A DNA stretch of 62,774 nt, counting the filler. It is 4 parts of 4 records of this genome, joined end to end, with 100 filler letters (N's around TTAATTAATTAA, not from the genome) between each part and the next. Parts side by side here need not be neighbours in the genome. Positions count along the whole stretch, not along the records: positions 1 to 21,555 come from DRR378314_1745; 3 more parts are not named here. The stretch is one strand, 5' to 3'. The translations under genes and the position numbers were made by a program. Below the pieces are notes generated by a model. The model worked only from the letters and a program-made list of their open reading frames with translations. It was not told where the DNA came from and did no database searches. This document shows positions 10,057 through 20,203 of this stretch, in pieces (position 1 is the stretch's first letter; every line of letters begins with the position of its first letter).

Positions 10057-10952
10057 GAGCGCATTTGCCGGATCATTGGAACCGAGTATACAACCAAAGC
10101 GGCCCAGATCAGCGGGAATGCGATCATTCTTGCCGGATCAATCTGTTCCCCGAACAGCGTGATCGCGGTGATAAAGATCATCGTAGGTGCAATGTACTGC
10201 AGGATACCCATTGTGGACAGACGCACCAGCTTGGCGCCGTTGGCATAAACCAGCAGCGGCACTGCGGTTACGATACCCGCCCCCGCAAGCAATAAGGTAT
10301 CAGATGCAACCACGCCAAGATGTCCGGTCCCATTTGCACCCAGCCACGTGACATAGGCCAAAGCCGGAATCAGCAGGATTAATACTTCCAGCAAGAAACC
10401 CTGATTTGGCCCGATCGGAAGGGAGCGCTTGAAAAACGCATAAAAGCCCCAACTCAGCATTAGTCCCAATGCGGCCCACGGCAGGGTTCCGGCTTGAAAA
10501 ACCAGCACCAGCACACCCAGCGCAGCCAATCCAATTGCCACCAATTGCGTCCGGTTCAAAGGCTCGCGCAGCAGTATCGCGCCCAGCGCAATACTGAACA
10601 GTGGATTGATGTAATACCCCAACGCCGCATCCAGAGCATGCCCTGAGGAAATCGCCCAAACATAAATCGCCCAGTTCACCGAGATCAGCGCTGCCGTCAG
10701 CGCCGCCATGCCCAGCATCTTCGGATTGCGTAACGCGGCTTTCAAATCCCCGGTGCGCCCGAGTGCAATCAACAACAATCCGGCGACCGGCACCGACCAG
10801 ATAACCCGGTGGGCGACGACCTCAACCGGGCCGATATGCGCGATCGCCTTCATGTAAAGCGGCAGAAATCCCCATAAGACATAGGCCGTCACAGCCAGCG
10901 CCAGCCCTTTGGGCGTGTCTGTGTTGTTGGGCGATACGGGGGTGTCTGCCAC
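10047..10952 (-). CDS. rarD: RarD family EamA transporter
   Basis: YVLWGFLPLY, VAHRVIWS, ALGYYINPL and GILQYIAPT motifs. Confidence 0.9.
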   Translation of the reverse strand: MADTPVSPNNTDTPKGLALAVTAYVLWGFLPLYMKAIAHIGPVEVVAHRVIWSVPVAGLLLIALGRTGDLKAALRNPKMLGMAALTAALISVNWAIYVWAISSGHALDAALGYYINPLFSIALGAILLREPLNRTQLVAIGLAALGVLVLVFQAGTLPWAALGLMLSWGFYAFFKRSLPIGPNQGFLLEVLILLIPALAYVTWLGANGTGHLGVVASDTLLLAGAGIVTAVPLLVYANGAKLVRLSTMGILQYIAPTMIFITAITLFGEQIDPARMIAFPLIWAALVVYSVPMIRQMRSQA

Positions 10953-11112
10953 GGCGGGTCTCCGACTGATACCGTATTTCTCTACGGCAAATCAGACAGG
11001 CTTGGGAACCATCAAATCTGTGAAGCGGGCTATCAAGAATTCTGATATGTCGCGGCAGACTGCGCCAGCCTGCAGAAACGAGCCGGGGCGCCACAGCGCC
11101 CCGTCAATTTGG

Positions 11113-13560
11113 TCACGCTTTGACGCGCTCGGACTTCGGATCATACATCGGTTTCAGCGATGCCTCAGCTTTCACCTTCACGCCGCAAACATCGATCTCG
11201 TAGGTCGAAGACAGCACATCAGCGGCTTTTTCACCTTCACAGGGCACATAGCCCAAACCAAGGGCGCCACCCAACGTGTGACCATAGTTGCCCGAGCTGA
11301 GATACCCCACATATTCGCCATCGCGTACGATCGGCTCATTGTGGAACAACAACGGCTCAGCGTCGGTCAGTTTGAACTGAACCAGACGGTTCTTGGGGCC
11401 ACTTTCCTTGCGTGCGATCACCGCCTCGCGCCCGATGAAATCGCTGCCCTTATCAACTTTGACAGCAAACCCCAGGCCTGCGTCGATCACATGATCTTCG
11501 CTCGTAATGTCGTGTCCAAAATGACGGAATCCTTTTTCGATCCTGCAGCTGTCCATCATGTGCATGCCGCAGAGCTTAAGGCCCATGTCCTGACCAGCCT
11601 CGTGCAGGGTTTCGAAAACATGGCCAGCCATATCGGAGGAAACATAGATCTCCCAACCAAGCTCACCCACATAGGTCACACGATGCACACGGGCGAGGCC
11701 CATTCCAATCTCTATTTCCTGCGCCGTGCCGAACGGGTTGGTGGCATTCGAGAAATCGTTGGGCGAGACCTTCTGAAGCAGTGTCCGGGCATTCGGGCCC
11801 ATGACTGCAAGCACGCCTTCGCCCGCAGTGACATCTGTGATGACCACGTTGAGATCGCCCGCATGGCGGTGCATCCACGTTTGGTCAGCCAGTCGCGTTG
11901 CGGCGGGCGTAACGACCAGATAAACGGTTTCGGCCAGGCGGGTGACGGTCACGTCCGCCTCAACCCCGCCTCTGGAATTCAGGAACTGGGTATAGACGAT
12001 TTTACCCACCGGGACCGACATATCGGCACCGCAGACATGGTTCAGCAGGTGTTGTGCATCCGGCCCTTCGACGCGCAACTTTCCGAAGGAGGACATGTCA
12101 TACATGCCCACATTTTCACGTACGGCGCGGTGTTCTGCAGCCGAATTCTCAAACCAATTCTGACGCTTCCATGTGTATTGATACTCGCGCGGCTGGCCCT
12201 CGTTTGCGAACCAATTGGCGCGCTCCCAGCCTGCCGTTTCGCCAAATACGGCCCCCAACTGTTCGAGTTGCTGATGAAACGGAGTTCTCCGCACGCCACG
12301 GGCGGTGGCTTTCTGGCGATAGGGGAAATGGTCCGCATAGAGCAGGCCCAGCGTTTCCTTTGAGCGTTCAAACAAATAGTGTTTGTTGCCCTGAAACGGC
12401 TGCATCCGGCTGATGTCGACCCCACCCAGATCAAAGGGTTTCTCGCCGGTTTCCATCCACTCGGCCAGCGCTTTGCCCGCGCCCCCGGCAGACTGAATGC
12501 CGATCGAGTTGAAACCCGCCGCCACAAAATAGTTGCGCAGCTCGGGCGCTTCGCCCAGATGATAGGCGTCGTCAGGGGTAAAACTTTCAGGGCCGTTGAA
12601 GAATGTGTGAATGCCTGTCTCGGCAAGCATCGGCATCCGGTTTACAGCCATTTCGAGGATCGGCTCAAAATGGTCGAAATCCTCGGGCAGCTGATCAAAG
12701 CAAAAATCCTCGGAAATGCCGTTCATGCCCCAGGGCTTGGCCTGCGGCTCAAAACATCCCAGCAGGATCTTTCCCGCGTCTTCCTTGAAATAGGCGCATT
12801 CGTCGGGAACCCGCAGCACCGGCAATTCGGTCAATTCGGGGATCGCTTCTGTCACGATGTAGAAATGTTCGCAGGCGTGCAGCGGCACGTTGACGCCCGC
12901 CATACGCCCTACCTCATGCCCCCACATACCGGCGCAATTGACGACATATTCAGCGTCGATATGGCCAGTATCGCCCCCAGAAGACCAATCGACACCGGTA
13001 ACGCGGCCATTGGCCCGGCTGATACCAGTCACCTTCACCTGTTCGCGAATGGTCGCGCCCATCATGCGCGCGCCTTTGGCCAATGCCAGTGCCACATTGG
13101 CCGGATCACCCTGCCCGTCATTGGGCAGATACACGGCTCCAACCACATCACCAATGTTGAGGTGGGGGTACATCTTCTTAGCAGTTTCGGGAGAGATTTC
13201 CTCGACATCCACATCAAAGGCCCGGGCCATGGCGGCAGAGCGGTACAGTTCTTCTTTACGCTCATGCGTAAGCGCCACCGAAATCGAGCCATTGGCCTTG
13301 ATGCCGGTGGAGATGCCGGTTTCGGCCTCGAGCTTTTGATAGAGGTCAGTGGTGTATTTTGCCAGCTTGGTCATGGTGGATGAAGCGCGCAGCTGACCGA
13401 TCAGGCCCGCCGCGTGCCAGGTGGTACCACAAGTCAGTTGCTTGCGTTCAAGCAAGATGATGTCCTTCCAGCCTTGTTTGGCCAGATGATAAGCCACTGA
13501 ACAACCGATGACACCGCCGCCGATGATGACCACTCGGGCCGTGGTGGGAAGATCAACCAT
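11113..13560 (-). CDS. GcvT-family FAD/folate-dependent N-demethylase (sarcosine/dimethylglycine dehydrogenase-like)
   Basis: 815 aa with GGGVIG, TTWHAAG (covalent FAD His), NGPESFTPD, GWER and a GcvT C-terminal domain (YVGELGWEIY, RIEKG). Confidence 0.9.
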   Translation of the reverse strand: MVDLPTTARVVIIGGGVIGCSVAYHLAKQGWKDIILLERKQLTCGTTWHAAGLIGQLRASSTMTKLAKYTTDLYQKLEAETGISTGIKANGSISVALTHERKEELYRSAAMARAFDVDVEEISPETAKKMYPHLNIGDVVGAVYLPNDGQGDPANVALALAKGARMMGATIREQVKVTGISRANGRVTGVDWSSGGDTGHIDAEYVVNCAGMWGHEVGRMAGVNVPLHACEHFYIVTEAIPELTELPVLRVPDECAYFKEDAGKILLGCFEPQAKPWGMNGISEDFCFDQLPEDFDHFEPILEMAVNRMPMLAETGIHTFFNGPESFTPDDAYHLGEAPELRNYFVAAGFNSIGIQSAGGAGKALAEWMETGEKPFDLGGVDISRMQPFQGNKHYLFERSKETLGLLYADHFPYRQKATARGVRRTPFHQQLEQLGAVFGETAGWERANWFANEGQPREYQYTWKRQNWFENSAAEHRAVRENVGMYDMSSFGKLRVEGPDAQHLLNHVCGADMSVPVGKIVYTQFLNSRGGVEADVTVTRLAETVYLVVTPAATRLADQTWMHRHAGDLNVVITDVTAGEGVLAVMGPNARTLLQKVSPNDFSNATNPFGTAQEIEIGMGLARVHRVTYVGELGWEIYVSSDMAGHVFETLHEAGQDMGLKLCGMHMMDSCRIEKGFRHFGHDITSEDHVIDAGLGFAVKVDKGSDFIGREAVIARKESGPKNRLVQFKLTDAEPLLFHNEPIVRDGEYVGYLSSGNYGHTLGGALGLGYVPCEGEKAADVLSSTYEIDVCGVKVKAEASLKPMYDPKSERVKA

Positions 13561-13649
13561 CCTGAATTCTCCGTTGCCTCAGGTTTTCTGCAGGCTGACA
13601 TGAAACATCGACAATAAAAGCATCAAAAACGTCATCTCGATTGCAAAAA

Positions 13650-14630
13650 TCACCGATATTCGACACCTCTTTTTTGGCGTCGCAAAACAAATGGCGTAAT
13701 GCCAAAAAAGCTTTTGTAAACGGATGAGAACCCGTTCGGGAAACCACAAACCAACCCGATTTCCCGCACGCTCATCGTCGTGTTCAAAAGCAGGTTGTTG
13801 GCTTTTGCCAATCGCATTTCACGGTAGAACCCATTCGGCGTGGTTCCAAAAATCGCCCTGAACTTACGTTCAAGCGACCGGTTCGAGACGTGCAACATCT
13901 CAACGATCTGATTAATAGGCAAAGGTTCCTCGATATTCGCCTGCATCAACTTGATACACTGATCCAGCTTCTCATCACCTGTTGCTGTTGTACGGGCACC
14001 CGAAAAGGGTTGCATGGATGAGAAATCCCGGATGCTCTCATGCAGCATGATATCGGCAACCGTCATCTTGGCAGCACCCGAGATGTGCCGCCCAATCACC
14101 GCCAGCGCAACATCTGTCGTAGCCTCCATTCCTGCGCAGGTCACTACCGGGCCCTGTTCAGTAGCGATCGAAAGCTTGGCCTCAAAACGTGCGCCCCGTT
14201 CGCGTAAGAAAGATGCGTTTTCCCAATGAGTTGCCAGGTGGTTCGCGCCGTTTTCATCGATATATCGGCTGGCGGCTTCCGCCAGTAAAAACACCTGTGC
14301 ACCTCGATACGTATAGTCCGACACGACACGCCCCAAAGAAAGCTCTGGCTGATCTGGGTCAGAGTTTCCGATCACAAACAGATAGTCCGCATTGGGTTGC
14401 GACACGACCGCTTCGGTTGTCACGGTTGCGCCACTGCTGCTTTCAATCGGTCCTCCTTTTCGTGACCGATACGCGAATGAGAACGGAGGATGCGCGCACA
14501 CCCGATTGGCCAGGCGCAATACCTCAACCAGTGAGGCCAGCTCCAGCAATACAAAGCCGGGTGCGACCAGAATATCAAAGTGGTGCTGGGCTCGATCTTG
14601 CTGCGGCTCAGGCTTGGTCCGGACCGGCAT
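13650..14630 (-). CDS. GlxA-family AraC regulator (DJ-1-like sensor + HTH)
   Basis: EVLRLAN, ATHWE, MQANIEEPL and RSLERKF, followed by an AraC double HTH. Confidence 0.88.
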   Translation of the reverse strand: MPVRTKPEPQQDRAQHHFDILVAPGFVLLELASLVEVLRLANRVCAHPPFSFAYRSRKGGPIESSSGATVTTEAVVSQPNADYLFVIGNSDPDQPELSLGRVVSDYTYRGAQVFLLAEAASRYIDENGANHLATHWENASFLRERGARFEAKLSIATEQGPVVTCAGMEATTDVALAVIGRHISGAAKMTVADIMLHESIRDFSSMQPFSGARTTATGDEKLDQCIKLMQANIEEPLPINQIVEMLHVSNRSLERKFRAIFGTTPNGFYREMRLAKANNLLLNTTMSVREIGLVCGFPNGFSSVYKSFFGITPFVLRRQKRGVEYR

Positions 14631-14639
14631 GAGGTGCCC

Positions 14640-15533
14640 TCAAACGATTGTGTGCCCGGCCGAACGCAAACTGTCAGCAAGGGCTTTGATGTGGTCCGGT
14701 CCGACTTCGCAGCAGCCCCCGACGATTGTCGCCCCCTGCGCCACCCAGCCCATGGCATGCAGTGCATAGGCATCGGGACCCAGATCATGGCGACTTTCCA
14801 ACGCGTCAACCGTTGGCGCATCCTGCAAGAAGTCGTCTGTAATGCCTGTGAAACCATTCGCGTAAGCGCCGAATGGGCAACCCAGCTTTTCTATGACCTC
14901 CAGTGCCGCTGGGATCGCTTCGGGGCGTGCGCAGTTGATCAGAACTGCTTGGGGGGCGAAGCGTGCCACCAGCGGGGCAATGTCTTCCAACGCTTCACCC
15001 GAGCGTAACCGCGTGCCGTCTTCATCCAGTACCGAAAGGGCCAGCCAGACGGGTTTGCCGCAATTCACGGTTCCGCGCAGCGCACCTTCGGCTTCCAGAA
15101 TCGAGGACACGGTTTCGATCAGAAACAGATCAACCCGGTCCGCCATCATCTCGGCAAGATCGGCAAATTGTCTGGCCGCATCATCTGGGTCGGGATTCAG
15201 GTCGGGCCGATAACTGGCCAATAACGGGCCAAGTGCACCCGCAATTCGCCCACCGGCACTGCGTCGTGCCTGTTCAGCCCGTGACAGCGCCGTGTCGACC
15301 AGGATGGACATCTGATCTTCGATCCCCGCGCGCACCAGACGCGAGCGGTGAATGGCATAGGTATTCGTCGTGGCAATCGTTGCACCGCTGCGGAAATAGG
15401 CGGCGTGCACTTCAGCCAGCAAGTCAGGCTTGTCGATCATGACGCGCGTTGACCACAGCGGCGTTGGCCTATCACCACTGCGTTTCACCAGCTCTTGTCC
15501 AATCGAGCCATCCAATAAAGTAACGTCAGCCAT
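14640..15533 (-). CDS. Homocysteine S-methyltransferase family protein
   Basis: LLDGSIGQEL, ATTNTY, the zinc-ligand motifs INC and GGCCEVGP, and GAYAN. Confidence 0.9.
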   Translation of the reverse strand: MADVTLLDGSIGQELVKRSGDRPTPLWSTRVMIDKPDLLAEVHAAYFRSGATIATTNTYAIHRSRLVRAGIEDQMSILVDTALSRAEQARRSAGGRIAGALGPLLASYRPDLNPDPDDAARQFADLAEMMADRVDLFLIETVSSILEAEGALRGTVNCGKPVWLALSVLDEDGTRLRSGEALEDIAPLVARFAPQAVLINCARPEAIPAALEVIEKLGCPFGAYANGFTGITDDFLQDAPTVDALESRHDLGPDAYALHAMGWVAQGATIVGGCCEVGPDHIKALADSLRSAGHTIV

Positions 15534-15746
15534 TCACTTTACGACCTCCAAAGATTGGTTGGTGCATCCATGGATCGTAATGTCGTGTAAATAGACGTCC
15601 CGCAAGCCTGCACTCGCGATGCGTCCGGCAATTTATTACCAGAAAGCGCAAAAAACTTCCCGCCATTAAACGTCTCTGGCCTGCCGTGGCAGGCCAGATA
15701 TACGCCATGTTTCTGCGGGGTCATTCGCATGCCCTTCCTAGTGCAG

Positions 15747-18197
15747 TCAGGCCCTTAGCCGTTCGTTCGCAGGATCCCAAAGCGGTTGATCCTCCTGCAC
15801 AACGGCGCGGCATTTCCGGCCATAGATTTCAACCTCAAGCTCAGTTCCCGGCACCGCCAGATCGGCGCGCACCATGCCCAGCGCGACCGATGCACCGATA
15901 CGGTATCCCCACGCACCCGACGTGGTCTCACCCACAATCTCATCCTCGCTCCGGATACAGGACATGTAAGGCGCATCGACCTCGCCTGCGTCCACGATCA
16001 GAGTGACAAAGGCCTTTTTAACACCTTGCTGCTTTTCATTCTGAATGGCTGCTTTACCGGTGAAATCTTGCGGCTTGTCGAGCTTTACAAAGCGCTCCAG
16101 CCCCCCTTCGAGCAGCGAGTAATCCGTGCTCAGATCGCCTTTCCAGGCGCGATAACCTTTCTCGATCCGTAACGAGTTCAGCGCGTACATGCCAAAGGGT
16201 TTGGCCCCAGCTGCCAGTACGGCATCGTAAATGGCAGGCATCGCGTCATTTTGGGCATGTATCTCCCAGCCCAGCTCACCCGCGAAGGATACACGGATCA
16301 GGAAAGCTTCTTGGCCGGCGACTGTGGCAAACTGATGCGTCAGCCATCCCTGCTGCAAGTCCGCATCTGTGATGCCCGACAACACAGTCCGTGACATTGG
16401 CCCGGTGACAATCAGAGTGTCGCGCTCGGTTGTGGTTTCGCGAACGGTCACGCCCTCGGGCACCGAATTTCGGATCAACTCGCCATCATGCCATTGCGCC
16501 GTTGCGGCGGTGATCAGGACAAAGTTGTTCTCAGCCAGACGGATACAGGACAGCTCGGTCAGAATGCGCCCTCTCTCATCCGAGACATAGATCAGGTTCA
16601 TACGCCCGGCTTTGGGAATGCCTCCGGTACAGAAACCGCGCAGCCAATCATCTGCCCCGTCGCCTTGTATCCAAAACCGCGAAAACCCCGGCAGGTCGAG
16701 CACGCCGCAGTGATCGCGCACGGCTTCGCATTCTTCTTTGACCCGTTGTTCCCATGGGCCAGAGCGTCCCCAAGTATGAGTTGCCTCAAGTGAGGTATCA
16801 TCACCGGGTTGCGCAAACCAGTTTGCGCGCTCCCAGCCGTTATAGGCCCCCATGACACCACCCAGTTCCTTGACCTTTTCATGGACCGGGGACGTTTTCT
16901 TGTTTCGCGCTGCAGGCCATTCATGATGAGGGAAATGCATGGCGTATTCGTTGCCATAGACCTCCATACCCTTCTGATTGCAGTAATCCTGATCGGTGTA
17001 GTCAGTATAGCGACGCGGATCGACAGCCCACATGTCCCATTCGGTGTGACCATCAACGATCCATTCCGCCAGCACCTTGCCTGCACCACCACCCTGCGCG
17101 ATGCCGAAGGTGAAAGTGTGGGCCTCAAAGGCATTTTTCACGCCCGGCATCGGGCCGATCAGGGGCAGACCATCCGGCGCGTATGGAATTGGACCATTGA
17201 TTACGCGGCCAACACCCGAGGTCGCCATGAGCGGCACGCGCTCCATCGCGTCCATCATGATATCTTCGATACGGTCCAAATCGTCATTCCACAGCTGGAA
17301 CGAAAAATCTTCGGGCATCGGATCGTCTTCTGTCATCCAATGGCCCTTGCAGTTGGGCTCGTATGGGCCGAGGTTGAAGCCGTTCTTCTCCTGCCGAAGG
17401 TAGTAGGAGATATCGACATCACGCAGCAGTGGCAGCTTCTTGCCACCATTTTCTTTCGACCACGCTTCGACCTCAGGAACTTCGTCAGTCAGCAAATACT
17501 GATGGCTCATGACCATTGCCGGAACGGTGCGGCCGCCGAAAGGTTTGAACCAATCACCCACGCGTTGGGCATAGTACCCGGCGGCATTGACCACATAGTC
17601 ACAGGCGATATCACCCTTTTCTGTATGCACCGTCCAAGTGCCGTCATCATGCTGGGTTACATTGGTTGCCGGGCAATATCGGATGATCTTCTGCCCCATA
17701 TCACGCGCGCCCTTAGCCAATGCCTGCGTCAGCTGCGCAGGATCAATGTCCCCGTCTGTCGGGTCGTATAGCACGCCCTCAAGGTCGTGGGTTTCAAGGA
17801 AAGGATAGCGCTCTTTGGCTTCTTCTGGGGTCCACATCTCCATCGGGATGCCCTGATATCGACCCATGGACATGGCATGTTCAAATTCCTGCATCCGTTC
17901 CTTGCTGTGTGCCAAACGGATCGAACCCGAAACGTGGTAGTTCATCGGATAATCAACTTCATCGGCAAGTCGCGAATACAGCTCGGTCGAATAGCGCTGC
18001 ATATTCATGATCGCCCATGAATTCGAAAAGGTCGGCACGTTCCCTGCCGCGTGCCATGTTGACCCGGCAGTCAGCTCGTTCTTTTCCAGCAAAACACATT
18101 CGGTCCAGCCCTTCTTGGCCAGATGATAAAGGGATGAACAGCCGACTACGCCGCCGCCTATGATGACCACGCGGGCCTTGGTTGGAAAATCATTCAT
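15747..18197 (-). CDS. GcvT-family dimethylglycine dehydrogenase-like protein
   Basis: 816 aa with ELTAGSTWHAAG, INGPIPYAPDG, SFAGELGWEIH and SLRIEKGYRAW. Confidence 0.9.
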   Translation of the reverse strand: MNDFPTKARVVIIGGGVVGCSSLYHLAKKGWTECVLLEKNELTAGSTWHAAGNVPTFSNSWAIMNMQRYSTELYSRLADEVDYPMNYHVSGSIRLAHSKERMQEFEHAMSMGRYQGIPMEMWTPEEAKERYPFLETHDLEGVLYDPTDGDIDPAQLTQALAKGARDMGQKIIRYCPATNVTQHDDGTWTVHTEKGDIACDYVVNAAGYYAQRVGDWFKPFGGRTVPAMVMSHQYLLTDEVPEVEAWSKENGGKKLPLLRDVDISYYLRQEKNGFNLGPYEPNCKGHWMTEDDPMPEDFSFQLWNDDLDRIEDIMMDAMERVPLMATSGVGRVINGPIPYAPDGLPLIGPMPGVKNAFEAHTFTFGIAQGGGAGKVLAEWIVDGHTEWDMWAVDPRRYTDYTDQDYCNQKGMEVYGNEYAMHFPHHEWPAARNKKTSPVHEKVKELGGVMGAYNGWERANWFAQPGDDTSLEATHTWGRSGPWEQRVKEECEAVRDHCGVLDLPGFSRFWIQGDGADDWLRGFCTGGIPKAGRMNLIYVSDERGRILTELSCIRLAENNFVLITAATAQWHDGELIRNSVPEGVTVRETTTERDTLIVTGPMSRTVLSGITDADLQQGWLTHQFATVAGQEAFLIRVSFAGELGWEIHAQNDAMPAIYDAVLAAGAKPFGMYALNSLRIEKGYRAWKGDLSTDYSLLEGGLERFVKLDKPQDFTGKAAIQNEKQQGVKKAFVTLIVDAGEVDAPYMSCIRSEDEIVGETTSGAWGYRIGASVALGMVRADLAVPGTELEVEIYGRKCRAVVQEDQPLWDPANERLRA

Positions 18198-18212
18198 GCG
18201 CTTGGTTCCCTG

Positions 18213-18593
18213 TTAGTATGCCCGCTGAGGCAGATCGTCCTGGATGTCGTAATAGTCGCCCTTGTCGGCGACAAATATGTGTTGGGCGAGTTTCAGCCCG
18301 GTCGGCTCATCCAAAGAGCCCACTGAAACCGCTATCGTGTCTTCATCATTATGCTGCCAGAAAAGGAACGAGCCACAAGCACTGCAAAATCCGCGCTTGG
18401 CGATGTCAGAGGCCCGGTACCAACTTAGCATCTCGCTTGAAGTAAAACTCAGATTGTCCTGATGCGTGACGGTCGAGGCCCACAGGTGACCCGACTGTTT
18501 GCGACATTGGCCGCAATGGCATGCATTTGGTGGCGTGAGGTCTCCGTCAATTGCATAAGCGACCGCGCCGCAAAGGCAGGAACCAGTGTGCAT
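18213..18593 (-). CDS. GFA family (CENP-V/glutathione-dependent formaldehyde-activating) protein
   Basis: GSCLCG, CHCGQCRK and RGFCSACGS zinc motifs. Confidence 0.9.
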   Translation of the reverse strand: MHTGSCLCGAVAYAIDGDLTPPNACHCGQCRKQSGHLWASTVTHQDNLSFTSSEMLSWYRASDIAKRGFCSACGSFLFWQHNDEDTIAVSVGSLDEPTGLKLAQHIFVADKGDYYDIQDDLPQRAY

Positions 18594-18597
18594 GTCT

Positions 18598-19221
18598 TTA
18601 TCCTCTCGCTGAAGGCGTTGAGCTGGCGCCCAACAAAACGCCATAGATGATGAAACAGGCCGCCATCACGCGACGCACCCAAATATTGAACACCGCCCCC
18701 AGCGCAGCTTTACCCATCACCGCACCCAGCAGGGTAAATCCGGTATAGCTGAGCGTCGTGATGACCAGCGCGGTGGGCATGATCACCGTCATCTGCTGCC
18801 AGATCGGCACATCTGGCTGCACGAACTGTGAAAACGCGGCGAGATATCCGGCGACGCTTTTTGGATTGATCGTGGCAACCGCCAGCGCGTGAAAGTAGAC
18901 ATGTCGCGCAGGGCGTTCTGATGCCGGGGCTGGTTTTGCTGCATTCATCCAACCACGAACGCCCATCCAGATCAGGAAACCCGCCCCAATCAGCTTTGCG
19001 ACAAAAAACCCCGTGGGCGATGCGGCAATTAATGCCGTGATACCAACTGCCGAGAGGATCAGAAACGCGCTTGCCTGCGTCAGAATAGCCAGCACACCCA
19101 GCATCGCCTTGGAGAGCGGCAGGCTCATTCCGTTTGAGATGCAATTGACCGCATTCGGTCCCGGAGTGGTCACGAACACCACCCAGAACAGAGCGAATAT
19201 GGTCCAGGCCTCGAAACTCAT
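18598..19221 (-). CDS. LysE/RhtB family exporter
   Basis: TPGPN, KLIGAGFLIWMG and INPKS. Start overlaps the stop of the XRE gene. Confidence 0.88.
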   Translation of the reverse strand: MSFEAWTIFALFWVVFVTTPGPNAVNCISNGMSLPLSKAMLGVLAILTQASAFLILSAVGITALIAASPTGFFVAKLIGAGFLIWMGVRGWMNAAKPAPASERPARHVYFHALAVATINPKSVAGYLAAFSQFVQPDVPIWQQMTVIMPTALVITTLSYTGFTLLGAVMGKAALGAVFNIWVRRVMAACFIIYGVLLGASSTPSARG

Positions 19222-19826
19222 CAGTACACCGGCGGGGCGATGACCCAAATGGCCACTGCAGGCTCATCAAACGGGTTGGCCCATTTGTATGGTTCATGCT
19301 TGATCCGGAAGCTGTCACCGGGACCAACCTGAAAGCGACGCGCCCCAATCGTCAGTTCCAGGCGGCCCGACACCATATACCCAACTTCTTGCGTTGGTCG
19401 GTTTGCCGGGGTCTGCATCTGCGAGTGCGGCTCAAACGTGGAATGCACCATTTCGAAATCATCGGTCAGGTCAGGTGAAAGCAGTTCTTCTATAAGCCCC
19501 TCTTCACCGGGCCCCATTGGCCGACGTGATCCGGCGCGCACGACATATCCCTGCTCATCCGCTGGGGCTGCGGAATGGGCAAACAGCATCGACATCGGCA
19601 CGCCCAAACATTCGGCGATCAAGCGTAGGTCTGAAATCGAAGGTTCGGACATATCCCTTTCGACCTGGCTGAGCCACCCGACGGACCGATCCAACCGATT
19701 GGCGATCTCGGTCAACGTCAGCCCGCGCGCCTTGCGCAGCGCGCGTAGGTCGGCACCGAGTGACGCACTGTGAGGGGCCAGAGAGTTCAATTTGCGCTCC
19801 GAGTCGATATGAAAATTATCCTTCAT
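19221..19826 (-). CDS. XRE-family HTH + cupin transcriptional regulator
   Basis: LRALRKARGLTL and WLSQVERDMSEPS, followed by a C-terminal cupin. The start may lie slightly downstream. Confidence 0.88.
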   Translation of the reverse strand: MKDNFHIDSERKLNSLAPHSASLGADLRALRKARGLTLTEIANRLDRSVGWLSQVERDMSEPSISDLRLIAECLGVPMSMLFAHSAAPADEQGYVVRAGSRRPMGPGEEGLIEELLSPDLTDDFEMVHSTFEPHSQMQTPANRPTQEVGYMVSGRLELTIGARRFQVGPGDSFRIKHEPYKWANPFDEPAVAIWVIAPPVY

Positions 19827-19871
19827 TTTTCACGGTGCCTCGAATCAATGAAATTTCCAAGCGTTTTTTCA
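19810..19871. promoter_or_regulatory. Two TGAAA-N13-TTTCA palindromes, probable XRE-cupin operators
   Basis: Copies at 19810-19832 and 19849-19871 have identical geometry and sit at the 5' end of the XRE gene. Confidence 0.55.
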
Positions 19872-19907
19872 CTTGGGCCTGCAGTTCAGGTTAGCTATGC
19901 ACGATCC

Positions 19908-20192
19908 ATGTGGATTGCTGTGATGTATCTTTGGGCCATCAACGCCCTGACTTTGCTCGCCTTTGGCTGGGACAAGCTGCGTGCACGCCGCAGAAAGCGA
20001 CGTGTGCCCGAGCGGCGATTGTTGTGGTTGGCGGCGCTGGGTGGCAGCCTGGCTGCGCTGCTAGGGCGCTGGATATTCGAACATAAGACGCGCAAGCGCG
20101 GGTTCTCGGCATGGCTTTACGCGATCACCGCGTTTCAGGCCGGGCTTTGCTATTTGATTATCTCCAGCGATCTGGGGGCGCTGTTGCGATAG
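19908..20192 (+). CDS. DUF1294 family membrane protein
   Basis: FGWDKLRA, RVPERRL, GGSLAA and HKTRK motifs. Confidence 0.85.
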   Translation: MWIAVMYLWAINALTLLAFGWDKLRARRRKRRVPERRLLWLAALGGSLAALLGRWIFEHKTRKRGFSAWLYAITAFQAGLCYLIISSDLGALLR

Positions 20193-20203
20193 GTGCAAGA
20201 CCT

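Noticed and set aside
10909-13383. Long + strand ORFs of 484 and 334 aa
   Set aside because: Antisense shadows of the GcvT-family gene with no recognisable motifs.
11113-18197. GcvT-family genes as DMSP demethylase dmdA or glycine cleavage T protein
   Set aside because: Both are about 815 aa with an N-terminal FAD domain. DmdA and GcvT are about 370 aa single-module proteins.
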